From Pseudomonadota bacterium (GTDB taxonomy: Bacteria; Bdellovibrionota; FAC87; UBA2466): a stretch of DNA of 43,329 bases. Positions 18,189 to 26,717 of this stretch are shown here, in pieces. The stretch lies in the NCBI GenBank assembly GCA_043718025.1, contig JAYSWN010000006.1, forward strand, positions 1 through 43,329, read 5' to 3'. The translations under genes were made by a program, and so were the position numbers. How positions within the stretch are numbered: the stretch's first letter is position 1; each line of letters starts with the position of its first letter. The notes under the pieces were generated by a model, which did no database searches, was not told the origin of the DNA, and worked only from the letters and a program-made list of their open reading frames with translations.

Positions 18189-19311
18189 GCGCTTTCTCAA
18201 AGGCTAAAAACCCCATTTCACTTTCCCAGATTTTAGCGACGTATTGTCGACCGTTGCCGTACTCTTGGCCCGCCGGTCGCCGGTAAACGGCGCGGAGCGC
18301 GCGGGCCATGTCACCAAAATCCTTTCGGGCTACTAACTGTGCATAATCGCCTAAGTGGCTTTTCATTCCGCCCACATTGGTGGCCACCACGGGCACTTCG
18401 CAGGCCAGGGCCTCTAGCGGAGAAAGCCCCAGCCCTTCGGCCAAAGAAGACTGCACCAAACAATCCACGGCGCGATAGTAGTCAGCCAGTTCGTGCATCG
18501 GGTTTACGGCGGGCCGACCTTCAACCCAATCACAGTGACCCAGCAGCCGTTCAGAGAGTGAAATGAACTTTTCATAATCACCACTCAAATTCAGGACCCG
18601 GAGTGGGATTCCCGACCAACGAACCTGCTCACAGGCCAACAAAAAAGTCTCCGGATCTTTTTCATGGCTAAGCCGGCTTGAAAAAAGAACTAAAAAGCCG
18701 TCTTCAGAAAGTTTGAGCCGCCGTCGCAATTCAACTTTGCTCTCGTTGTTTTTTTTTTCCAATGGGCGAAACCGTTTGGTGTCGACACCGTAGTAAAAAG
18801 CCGGCACCACCCGCGGTGAAAATTTCTTCGCGTAGTTTTGCAAGTGGTCGCCCAACGCAAAGCAGCGTTGAGCTAGTTTTCCATTTATCCAGGAGAGGGC
18901 GTAGATTAGGGCCCGGCCGACGATCCACTCACCTTGGCTAATCTGCTTACGCTCACGGCGACAGTCAAAGTACTCCAGCGACGGCAAACAAACGTAAGTA
19001 ACCACCGGTACTTTAGCAAATCGACCCGCGAGATTTGCGTTGAGAGCCCCGCGCAAAATTTCTTGGGCAACAATCACATCGAAGTTTTTTGCGTTGGTCA
19101 AAAGCCATCGCAATGAACCCCACTGATAGCGCAAACGGCCTCCAGAAATTTCGACAACGTCGAGATTCAAACCCAGGCCCTGAATGCGGGCCTTTAGTCC
19201 GCTCTGCTCGTACTGCGATCGGGGCACTAAGAGGGTCAGCGCAAAATGACGGCTCAGACCGTCTACAAAACGAATGTCGGTATTACCCTCGACGACGAAG
19301 AGCAGTTTCAT
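18157..19311 (-). CDS. glycosyltransferase family 4 protein
   Basis: YGVDTKRF, SRLSHEK, EGLGLSPLEALACEVPVVATNVGG; start taken at MKLLFVV. Confidence 0.88.
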   Translation of the reverse strand: MKLLFVVEGNTDIRFVDGLSRHFALTLLVPRSQYEQSGLKARIQGLGLNLDVVEISGGRLRYQWGSLRWLLTNAKNFDVIVAQEILRGALNANLAGRFAKVPVVTYVCLPSLEYFDCRRERKQISQGEWIVGRALIYALSWINGKLAQRCFALGDHLQNYAKKFSPRVVPAFYYGVDTKRFRPLEKKNNESKVELRRRLKLSEDGFLVLFSSRLSHEKDPETFLLACEQVRWSGIPLRVLNLSGDYEKFISLSERLLGHCDWVEGRPAVNPMHELADYYRAVDCLVQSSLAEGLGLSPLEALACEVPVVATNVGGMKSHLGDYAQLVARKDFGDMARALRAVYRRPAGQEYGNGRQYVAKIWESEMGFLAFEKALTTLTRSTSG

Positions 19312-19360
19312 TTGATTAATCATACCCGAATAGCCAGAGCCGTCTGATAAAATAGGCCCA

Positions 19361-20512
19361 ATGAGATCTCCCCTACCCCCGATACTGATCGTCACCGGTG
19401 ATTTTGGGAAACACGGCGGCATGGATTGGGCGAACCGCGCCGTGGCCAAACACTTTGCCGCGGCGGGACATTTGGTCCATCTGGTGGGCTTCACCATCGA
19501 TGACGGATTATTGCAGACCACCAACATCTATTTTCATCGCGTTCCCAAGCCGCTTAACTCGTATTTCTTGGGCTTCTTCTTGCTCGAACGTTACGGTCAG
19601 GCGTGGGCAAAACGGATCACGGCGCAGGGCGGAAGAGTGATCGTCAACGGCGGCAGTTGCGTCTGGGCCGATATCAATTGGGTGCATTACCTTCATGTTC
19701 GCGCGCAAACCGACTGCCCCTCGGCTTGGCAGCGTTTTAAGCTTGGCTTCTTCCTGAAGAAGGAGAAAGCGGCGCTACTCGCCGCTAAAGTGGTGGTTAC
19801 CACCGCCGAATCCAACCGAGCTGACTTATACAAATATTTTCAACGGCCTTTGAATGCTACGCACGTGGTGCCCATCGGCGTAGACAGCGCGACTTTTTCA
19901 CCGGTAGAAACTCTGGTGCGCTCGCAACTACGTGCGCGCTGGCAGCTGAAGATCGATCAGCTGGCGCTCTGTTTTGTGGGTTCGCTCGACGACGACCGAA
20001 AGGGCTTTGATACGCTCTACCAAGTGTGGAAAGAGCTTCACGCGCAGGGGGCCTGGAACCATCACCTGTACGTTGCCGGGTCCGGTTCACGGCTTGCGCA
20101 TTGGAAAGCGATGGCCGCACGTGACGGCCTCACGCATTCAGTGCATTTTCTCGGCTTTTACCGCGACGTTCCTCAGCTTTTGAAAGTGTGTGACGCCATT
20201 GCGGTGCCAAGTCGCTACGAGCCCTACTCGTTGGCCGCGCAAGAGGGGGTAGCTTCCGGTTTGCCCTGCTTTATTTCGCAGAGCTGCGGGTTTGCCGACC
20301 AGTTTCCGGTTTTGATAAGGGCCCAATTTGTGTTGGACCCAAATAAACAAACCGATTGGAAACGGGCGCTCCTTGACTGGTCCCAACACCCCAACCGTTG
20401 CCAAAGCGCCATCAAACCGTTTTCGCAGACCATTCGTAAACAGTCCTGGGAAAAAATGGCCGAGCAGTTTGAGAGTATTTTATTTCCTTCCGATCAGCGG
20501 GCCACCGCCTGA
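19361..20512 (+). CDS. glycosyltransferase family 4 protein
   Basis: GGMD, IGVD, FVGSL...RKGFD, PSRYEPYSLAAQEGVASGLP. Confidence 0.88.
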   Translation: MRSPLPPILIVTGDFGKHGGMDWANRAVAKHFAAAGHLVHLVGFTIDDGLLQTTNIYFHRVPKPLNSYFLGFFLLERYGQAWAKRITAQGGRVIVNGGSCVWADINWVHYLHVRAQTDCPSAWQRFKLGFFLKKEKAALLAAKVVVTTAESNRADLYKYFQRPLNATHVVPIGVDSATFSPVETLVRSQLRARWQLKIDQLALCFVGSLDDDRKGFDTLYQVWKELHAQGAWNHHLYVAGSGSRLAHWKAMAARDGLTHSVHFLGFYRDVPQLLKVCDAIAVPSRYEPYSLAAQEGVASGLPCFISQSCGFADQFPVLIRAQFVLDPNKQTDWKRALLDWSQHPNRCQSAIKPFSQTIRKQSWEKMAEQFESILFPSDQRATA

Positions 20513-20579
20513 ATCAACGCGATTAATTTGCCCTTCGGGCCGGAATGAGAAGGATTTTATGGTTTGCTAAAGCTAAGGC

Positions 20580-20608
20580 TTGCCAAGAATTTTCAGGGCT
20601 CCTATGCT
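20580..20608 (+). promoter_or_regulatory. putative sigma70 promoter of tRNA-Leu
   Basis: TTGCCA (20580-20585), 17-nt spacer, TATGCT (20603-20608), then a GC-rich discriminator-like stretch. Confidence 0.6.
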
Positions 20609-20628
20609 GCCCCTTCTTTCAAAGACGC

Positions 20629-20713
20629 GCCGCTGTGGTGAAATTGGCAGACACGCTGGTCTTAGAAGCCAGTGGGGAAACCCGTGGGGGTTCAAGTCCC
20701 CCCGGCGGCACCA
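20629..20713 (+). tRNA. tRNA-Leu (anticodon TAG)
   Basis: Acceptor stem GCCGCTG/CGGCGGC; D-loop TGG; anticodon arm CTGGT-CTTAGAA-GCCAG; long variable arm; T-loop GTTCAAGT; encoded CCA. Confidence 0.97.
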
Positions 20714-20855
20714 TCCGTTACCTTTGGCTCTACGCCATCCACTCCGAAATGAACCAACTCTGCTAAGATCCGCCAACCGAGAAGAGCCAAATTTTTAAAC
20801 CTTTGTGACGCACACAAATTGACGGGCTGTTGAGCCCTGATTAACCTTTTCCTTC

Positions 20856-21572
20856 TTGAAGCCACTTAAAAAAATAGTACGCAGTGGACTAGACCGGGTG
20901 GAAGACGGCTTGGATTGGCTGGATAGAAGGCGCGGGGCCAGTGGGTTGATTCCCCTGGATATTAACGTTTCCACAACGGCGGCCGGCATCGGAGATGGAC
21001 GCTGGCATTTTGCTTCAATCGGGCTCAAAAAAGAGAGTGTCATCTATTCCGTCGGAATCGGTAACGACATTAGCTTTGAATCGGGCCTTATCCAGCGGTT
21101 TGGCTGCGAGATCCATGCGTTTGACCCGACCTCCCTATCCAGGCAATGGCTGAGTCAGCAGAAAACTCCGAAGGGGTTTCATGCCCACCCATGGGGGCTT
21201 GCTCATTTCGATGGCGAGGCAAATTTCCGGCTACCGCCAACCCATTCCATCTCATTTTCCCTATGCCCCGAGGTTGCGGGAACTGCAGACCACCGCGCCG
21301 AAGTGCGACGCCTTTCCACGCTGAGGAACGCGCTAGGCCACGCCCATATTGACCTGCTAAAAATTGATATTGAAGGCGCGGAGTTCGAGGTGATCGATGA
21401 CTTGGTTTCCGAGGCGCCGCACATTCGCCAACTGTTGATCGAGTTTCACGCCCGCCTCCGTTCCAAGGAGGGAGAAGCCTTAACCTACAAAGCCATTGAA
21501 AAATTAAGGGGCGCCGGTTACCGCCTATTCCACGTATCCCGTCGGCAATTGGAGTTCGGATTTATTAATTGA
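20856..21572 (+). CDS. FkbM-family SAM methyltransferase
   Basis: IYSVGIGNDISFE, HAFDPT, IDLLKIDIEGAEF, QLLIEFH. Confidence 0.88.
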   Translation: MKPLKKIVRSGLDRVEDGLDWLDRRRGASGLIPLDINVSTTAAGIGDGRWHFASIGLKKESVIYSVGIGNDISFESGLIQRFGCEIHAFDPTSLSRQWLSQQKTPKGFHAHPWGLAHFDGEANFRLPPTHSISFSLCPEVAGTADHRAEVRRLSTLRNALGHAHIDLLKIDIEGAEFEVIDDLVSEAPHIRQLLIEFHARLRSKEGEALTYKAIEKLRGAGYRLFHVSRRQLEFGFIN

Positions 21573-21587
21573 TTTCGTCGGGTGAAG

Positions 21588-22457
21588 TCATAAAGCATCC
21601 TTAAGCGCGCGCCAGAGATCTCGAAAGCGAACCGTCTCGCCCGGCCACACGCAAAGGACCGAGCGGAAGCAGAACCAGCCGATTACGCCCCACCACTTGG
21701 CGAGGCCGGTTCGGGTGCGTAATGTGCGGCGCAGCGAATTTCGGCATTGCGAGTACGGCACTTCAAACGGGGAAGACTCCGGCCGGTAACGAAAATGAAG
21801 TACCGCAGCCTCGGGAACCAACCCCACTAAATAACCCAATGCTTTCGCTCGATCCGAAAACTCGACGTCCTCTTCGTACATAAAATAGTCCGGATTGAAT
21901 CCCCCCACCTTATCCCAGCAATCACGACGAACCAGCCAGGCCGCCGCATTGATAAAATGCACGGGCACGACGCTGTGGCCTATCGGTCGGTTACGTTTGA
22001 GCCGGAAATAAAGTAACGGTTGCCGACGCCGCAAATGTCGCCCGAACTTTACCTCCAGCCGCCGTGATTCATCCGCCCAATGCACGCCACTCAAAATACC
22101 GTACTCGCAATCTCTTTGGGCGACCGCGACAAGCTTTTCGACCGTATCCGGAAAAATTTCCGCATCCTGGTTGAGAATGAAAATGAAGTCGCGAGGGAGC
22201 GCGTCGATTAAATTCGCGCCACGATTCACCGCCTCACCGAATCCGAAATTTCTCTCGAGGGTGAGCACGCAGTCGACGCGCGAGCGAATTTTTTCCACCG
22301 AACGATCGGTTGAGGCATTGTCGACGACAATGATCTTCATCGGAAAGCGGCTCCTCCGCAAACTGTTAACGCATCGCGCCAGATAATCTCCGCCGTTGAA
22401 TGCGGGAATAATCGTCACAACATTTATTTCTAGCGACATGGTCGAAAGGGCACCCAC
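21588..22457 (-). CDS. glycosyltransferase family 2 protein
   Basis: IIPAFN, VVDNASTD, NFGFGEAVNRG, LNQDA, FMYEEDVE. The start could be GTG 22457 or the nearby downstream ATG. Confidence 0.88.
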   Translation of the reverse strand: MGALSTMSLEINVVTIIPAFNGGDYLARCVNSLRRSRFPMKIIVVDNASTDRSVEKIRSRVDCVLTLERNFGFGEAVNRGANLIDALPRDFIFILNQDAEIFPDTVEKLVAVAQRDCEYGILSGVHWADESRRLEVKFGRHLRRRQPLLYFRLKRNRPIGHSVVPVHFINAAAWLVRRDCWDKVGGFNPDYFMYEEDVEFSDRAKALGYLVGLVPEAAVLHFRYRPESSPFEVPYSQCRNSLRRTLRTRTGLAKWWGVIGWFCFRSVLCVWPGETVRFRDLWRALKDAL

Positions 22458-23876
22458 TTACTTTTGGCCGCCACCCAGTCGCGAAACCGCCACGCGAACG
22501 CGGTTGAGAGTGCGCTCAACGTGAGGTTGGTGAGTGCGCAATCCAAAAGGAACAAGGCGAGCCCAGTATCCGCTTTTAAACTGCGCCCCCGATATTTTTG
22601 TTTCGGCGTCATTCACCATCTCAACTAGCTGGTGGTTCAGATCATCGAGGCGTTCTTCTGAAGCGAATGCCTTTCCTAAGCGAAAGACCAAGGCCGCCAC
22701 TTGAGGGGCATGAAGAAATTCAATGCCGGGGATCTTCTTAAGCTCATTGAATGCATGGTGGGTCAGCTGCATTTTTTCCTGATGGCACTGCACGAAAGGT
22801 TCGATGCCATGAAGCTTCAAAGGAAGCCACAGTTGTAGCCCCCGGGAAGGCCGCAAGAGTTCGAGCCCCGCTTTGGACGGATTGTATTCTGATGCCCGCT
22901 GGTCATCGGGTAGGTAGCTAACTTCTACCGAATGTGCCGCCTCTAGCCGCCCCCACTCTTTAACCAGCAAGGCTCCACATCCCATGGGCAGAAATAGTGC
23001 CTTATGCGGATCGAAGGTAACTGAATCTGCCTTTTCAATTCCATCAAACAATTTTGACGTTTCTTTAAGAAGGCGAAAGCCGCCGGCCCAGGCGGCGTCG
23101 ACGTGAAACCATAAATTATTTTTGGAGGCTATTTCTTCGAGAGCGACGAGATCGTCAACTGCGCCCGACCCCGTGGTTCCGCCCATACCGATTAGCATGA
23201 ACGGATGAAGGCCCGCTTTCCGATCTTCGCTTATCGAATGGCGAAGTAGATCGAGATTAATCTTATACTGTTCGTCCACCTCAATCATTCGAATGTTGGC
23301 GCGACGCAGTCCAATCATGAGGCCCGCGCGCAAAATGCTATGGTGCGCTTGGTTCGAGCAGTAAAGAGTCGCTTGGCTTTGAGACTCTTCGGGAACCTTA
23401 TGAAAGCGAGCCGTGTGAATCGCGGTGAAATTCGCAAGCGAGCCGCCAGAGGTGAGGATCCCGGAACTCGTGGGGGGTAAACCCAAGATCTCGACCAGCC
23501 AGCCGATTACGGTGCTTTCGATTAAGTTAAAGCCCGGCGCCCATTCCCGGTACCCAGTAAATCTGTTGAGCGTGCTTACAATCAGTTCGGCGAGGCTTGG
23601 TTCCAAAAGTCCACCGGTGGGAATGTAGCACTGATAGCCTGGGCTATGGAATTGGTGGCCGCCAATGGCCGCGGTTTTAAAAATATCATTTAGAAGGGTT
23701 TCAGCGTCGGTCCCTTTTTTAGGAAGAGGCTCCCGGAGAGTGGCTAGAGCTGAATCAGAAGTAGGAGCAGATACCGGCAGGCTCGGTAGGCTGTCCACGT
23801 ATTCGGCCAGTCGTTCTATGATCCCTTTGCCGAATAACCGAAAGGCCTCAGCACTCATTTCAAGGGCCCTACTCAT
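22458..23876 (-). CDS. PLP-dependent group II (aromatic amino acid/glutamate-type) decarboxylase
   Basis: LTSGGSLAN, QAHHS, WFHVDAAWAG, DSVTFDPHK (PLP lysine); GGAGG SD. Confidence 0.92.
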   Translation of the reverse strand: MSRALEMSAEAFRLFGKGIIERLAEYVDSLPSLPVSAPTSDSALATLREPLPKKGTDAETLLNDIFKTAAIGGHQFHSPGYQCYIPTGGLLEPSLAELIVSTLNRFTGYREWAPGFNLIESTVIGWLVEILGLPPTSSGILTSGGSLANFTAIHTARFHKVPEESQSQATLYCSNQAHHSILRAGLMIGLRRANIRMIEVDEQYKINLDLLRHSISEDRKAGLHPFMLIGMGGTTGSGAVDDLVALEEIASKNNLWFHVDAAWAGGFRLLKETSKLFDGIEKADSVTFDPHKALFLPMGCGALLVKEWGRLEAAHSVEVSYLPDDQRASEYNPSKAGLELLRPSRGLQLWLPLKLHGIEPFVQCHQEKMQLTHHAFNELKKIPGIEFLHAPQVAALVFRLGKAFASEERLDDLNHQLVEMVNDAETKISGAQFKSGYWARLVPFGLRTHQPHVERTLNRVRVAVSRLGGGQK

Positions 23877-24027
23877 TTTTCGACCTCCGAAAAGATAAAG
23901 GTAATATTTCTTTCGACCCTCAACTTACACGCAATTTAATGATTAGAAAACTTAAGGGGAAGCGAGTGGGAGTTGAGCCACCGTCCGTCCTCAGGCTTTG
24001 CAAAGTCGACAAGAATTTTTTGAAGTG

Positions 24028-24609
24028 TCAACCTAGGGCCGTAAGGCAGATGCGCTTCACATTTTCGAGGTCTTTTGGAGAAATCGGTCTGTCCAAAAAG
24101 ATCTTACGTTGTCGGGAATCGAAAAATTTAAAAGGGATGGAAAAGAGGGTGAAAAAAATCGCCTCGGCATTGCAGGCTTCATTTAACTCACCGCTTTTTT
24201 TGCCAAGCGCATAGGTGCGCTTGCAGATCTCAATAATGGTTTCGACCCGCTTCGAGGGAAATTGAAAAGTGTGGTCGTGCAGCATAAGAAATAAAAAATC
24301 AAACACCCTAGGCTTTTCCTTAACCAAGCGGGCCAGAAAATTGACCAGTGCCGAAATCACGTCCTCTACCTTATGGTTTGCTTCAATCGCACCGAGCAGG
24401 CAGTCATGCAGGGCCTTCATCTGTTGCTCGTAAATGGCTTGAACGAGCGAAAGCTTAGAGGGGTGATGCCGGTAAAGATAACCCGTAGATACTTCAGCGC
24501 GCAGGGCAACCATTTCAATTGAGGTGGCGGCGTACCCCTTATCGGTAATGAGCTCAATGGCCGCGTCCTTTACCCGATCCATTTTCTGAAGGTCTATTGG
24601 TCTCGCCAT
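24028..24609 (-). CDS. TetR/AcrR family transcriptional regulator
   Basis: AAIELITDKGYAATSIEMVALRAEVSTGYLYRHHPSK HTH; GAGG SD. Confidence 0.93.
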   Translation of the reverse strand: MARPIDLQKMDRVKDAAIELITDKGYAATSIEMVALRAEVSTGYLYRHHPSKLSLVQAIYEQQMKALHDCLLGAIEANHKVEDVISALVNFLARLVKEKPRVFDFLFLMLHDHTFQFPSKRVETIIEICKRTYALGKKSGELNEACNAEAIFFTLFSIPFKFFDSRQRKIFLDRPISPKDLENVKRICLTALG

Positions 24610-24907
24610 CTACTGGGCCATCCTCAATGATTTGCGTTTCTCCAACCGTCCCATCTCCCCACATCAGCACCGCGCAGCCGTTCTTATCGACGATTCCCGG
24701 ACAAAGTCCGCCACCAACCACCGCGGGCCGCTCTGAGTCCACCAGCCCGTTAGGAAAGCCAAATTCATTACGCTGAAGACTTTCCATTAGCTCTGCGCAC
24801 TCACCATTTTCCCCCGTGACCGCATCTTCGATCGCCGCCCCGGCCGGTTCAAGCCCAAGAAGCAAGATAAGAAAAATAGATCGGCCGGTGCTAGTCAGAA
24901 ACTTCAT
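24554..24907 (-). CDS. small putative secreted protein (possibly a truncated remnant)
   Basis: GGGAG SD; signal-peptide-like MKFLTSTGRSIFLILLLGLEPAGA; 3' end overlaps the TetR start by 56 nt. Confidence 0.45.
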   Translation of the reverse strand: MKFLTSTGRSIFLILLLGLEPAGAAIEDAVTGENGECAELMESLQRNEFGFPNGLVDSERPAVVGGGLCPGIVDKNGCAVLMWGDGTVGETQIIEDGPVDGETNRPSENGSGKGRGH

Positions 24908-24921
24908 ACCACTACTCCCGA

Positions 24922-24975
24922 TTAATGAACAGTCATTCATTAACCCCGCACTTAAATGAATGTCAATTCACTTAA
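24922..24975. promoter_or_regulatory. two tandem palindromic operators overlapping a minus-strand promoter (probable TetR sites)
   Basis: TTAATGAA-N6-TTCATTAA (24922-24943, perfect arms) and TTAAATGAA-N6-TTCACTTAA (24952-24975, one mismatch). The spacer of site 2 reads TTGACA on the minus strand. Confidence 0.75.
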
Positions 24976-25042
24976 ACCAGGAAGTGGACTTGAGGAGGAC
25001 TACTGGCGGTGGTTTTCCGCATTAGCTTAAGGAGAACGGATT

Positions 25043-25081
25043 AAAAAAAAAGAGGCACGGTGTAGTCTACCGTGCCTCTTT
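25043..25081 (-). terminator. intrinsic terminator of the glucoamylase gene
   Basis: Stem AAAGAGGCACGGT / ACCGTGCCTCTTT with a 7-nt loop; T-tract follows on the minus strand. Confidence 0.85.
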
Positions 25082-25136
25082 CAAACCAAACTAACTTATT
25101 GCCTAGATTTTATTTGCGGTGGTCAATCAATACGTT

Positions 25137-26528
25137 TCAGCCCCCGCCAACCAACGCCAGTACCGACTGAGCAATCTCTCTTCTAAACTCCATGCTGAGC
25201 CAACTGCCATAGCTCCAGGTTAGATGCGCTACGCCAACCCTTTCGCCGCTGTTGCGGTGGATCTGCTCATTCATATGAAAGTCCTCTGACCAGTAGGATT
25301 CCCCCCTACGTTGGTACCCTTCGCCATGGGAAAAGAGTAGACGGATTATCGCTTCAAACCGCGCGTCCGCGGGGGTGAGTCTATCGCCAGGCCAAATATT
25401 GTGTCCGGAGCCAGCCACTAGATCCCGAAAAAACTCTACGTTGATGTCATCCACTACGATCAGATTTGATTTCCTAAAATCGGTCGCCGCTCGATAGAGC
25501 AGTTCGGCCGCCGCAAAAGTGGTGATGAACCAGGGGTTGCCTTGCTCGTCCGGCGTGGGGTTAAGAGAAACTCCGTTGTAGCGATCTTCAACATTGCGTC
25601 CAAAAAGAGGAAACGGTTCTCCCTGGTTTATCAAATAGGTTTGCGCAAAGTCTCGCTTCAACGCTAAAAAAGTTGCCAGTATCCAACTGTCAGTAGGTCC
25701 GTATGTTGCGTCCTCGTTGGTGCCGTGGATAGCGGCTAAGAGTATCGAGGTGTCACGGTTACTCTCTTTATGATAGACCGACCCCCCAGTTTGGTTGCGG
25801 CAGGCAAGCAGGTGACGCTTTTGTTCACTCTTAAATTTTTCAAGTTCTTCGTTGATTAAAACCGCCGTCTCTCGATAGAAAGCAGCGGCCTCCGCGTCAT
25901 GAAGTCGATCACATAATCGGGATCCCTCAATCAGCGCGTCCCGTTGAACCTTGAGGGTATATAAATGCTGGCCCTCCATCTCTTCCCAAATATCGAAAGT
26001 AGACTCTTGCCAATGGTGAGCAACGAATTCCAAATTCCGTTTGATTACAGAAGTATTAGGAAGGTGCTGATCGAAAAGTTCTGAAGCAATGGCGATGCCG
26101 CGGTCCAATCTCCAAAACGCAAAATCGATGTGCATCAAGGCCTCAAGCGCGGGTCCATCGTTTTGCGTACTCCAATTCTTTCCGATGGGATTGCCCTGTA
26201 CATCGACCTTAGCGGTGCCCAGAGCATCAGGAAAATGGCTCTGTGATTCTCTTACAAACCGAACGTACTCCTCAATTCTCCAGATCTGCCGAGTCTTCGA
26301 CTCTGCATGGCTAGTGTTCATCATTTCATAGAATAAGGATCGATTCGCCAGCGCGGCGTCTCGTTTCCACACAAAGCGGTAATCTTGCGGCTCCGAGGTT
26401 GGCGAAGCGATGACTGAGCCAGACGATATGTTATTCAACGCCAGAATGCAGATCGCCTGCCGATGCGCGAAGCCACTGGGCGCGCCGAGAAATAAGGCAA
26501 TGCAAAGCCCTTTACCGATGCTTCGAAT
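25137..26528 (-). CDS. glucoamylase, glycoside hydrolase family 15
   Basis: VIASPT..DYRFVWKRDAAL, QNDGPAL, FDIWEE (catalytic acid), GNPWFITT, MNEQ (catalytic base), LTWSY. Start uncertain: ATT 26528 behind AGGGGG, or TTG 26438. Confidence 0.9.
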   Translation of the reverse strand: MRSIGKGLCIALFLGAPSGFAHRQAICILALNNISSGSVIASPTSEPQDYRFVWKRDAALANRSLFYEMMNTSHAESKTRQIWRIEEYVRFVRESQSHFPDALGTAKVDVQGNPIGKNWSTQNDGPALEALMHIDFAFWRLDRGIAIASELFDQHLPNTSVIKRNLEFVAHHWQESTFDIWEEMEGQHLYTLKVQRDALIEGSRLCDRLHDAEAAAFYRETAVLINEELEKFKSEQKRHLLACRNQTGGSVYHKESNRDTSILLAAIHGTNEDATYGPTDSWILATFLALKRDFAQTYLINQGEPFPLFGRNVEDRYNGVSLNPTPDEQGNPWFITTFAAAELLYRAATDFRKSNLIVVDDINVEFFRDLVAGSGHNIWPGDRLTPADARFEAIIRLLFSHGEGYQRRGESYWSEDFHMNEQIHRNSGERVGVAHLTWSYGSWLSMEFRREIAQSVLALVGGG

Positions 26529-26717
26529 TTGATACCCCCTGAAACGAGAAAACCTGTGATCCCAATCTATTCATTGCAAGGCGTCACGTGTCCAGTAAAG
26601 AAATTGACCCTGCCCGAAAAAAAAGCGCAAAAGAGTGATTTTGTCGCCGTGACGAAACTAATACCCGGTAATTTTTTCCTACCGCAACCCGATAGTTTCG
26701 GGCTAACTACCCACGCC

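Noticed and set aside
19312..19527. N-terminal extension of the left GT4 to 19527
   Set aside because: It overlaps the opposite GT4 gene; the GT-B fold starts naturally at MKLLFVV (19311).
20545..20798. Short ORFs spanning 20545-20798
   Set aside because: They overlap the tRNA-Leu gene and its promoter.
26529..26717. 63-aa extension of the hypothetical protein from TTG 26529
   Set aside because: It would cover the divergent promoter region and bury the signal-like segment; ATG 26718 is more plausible.
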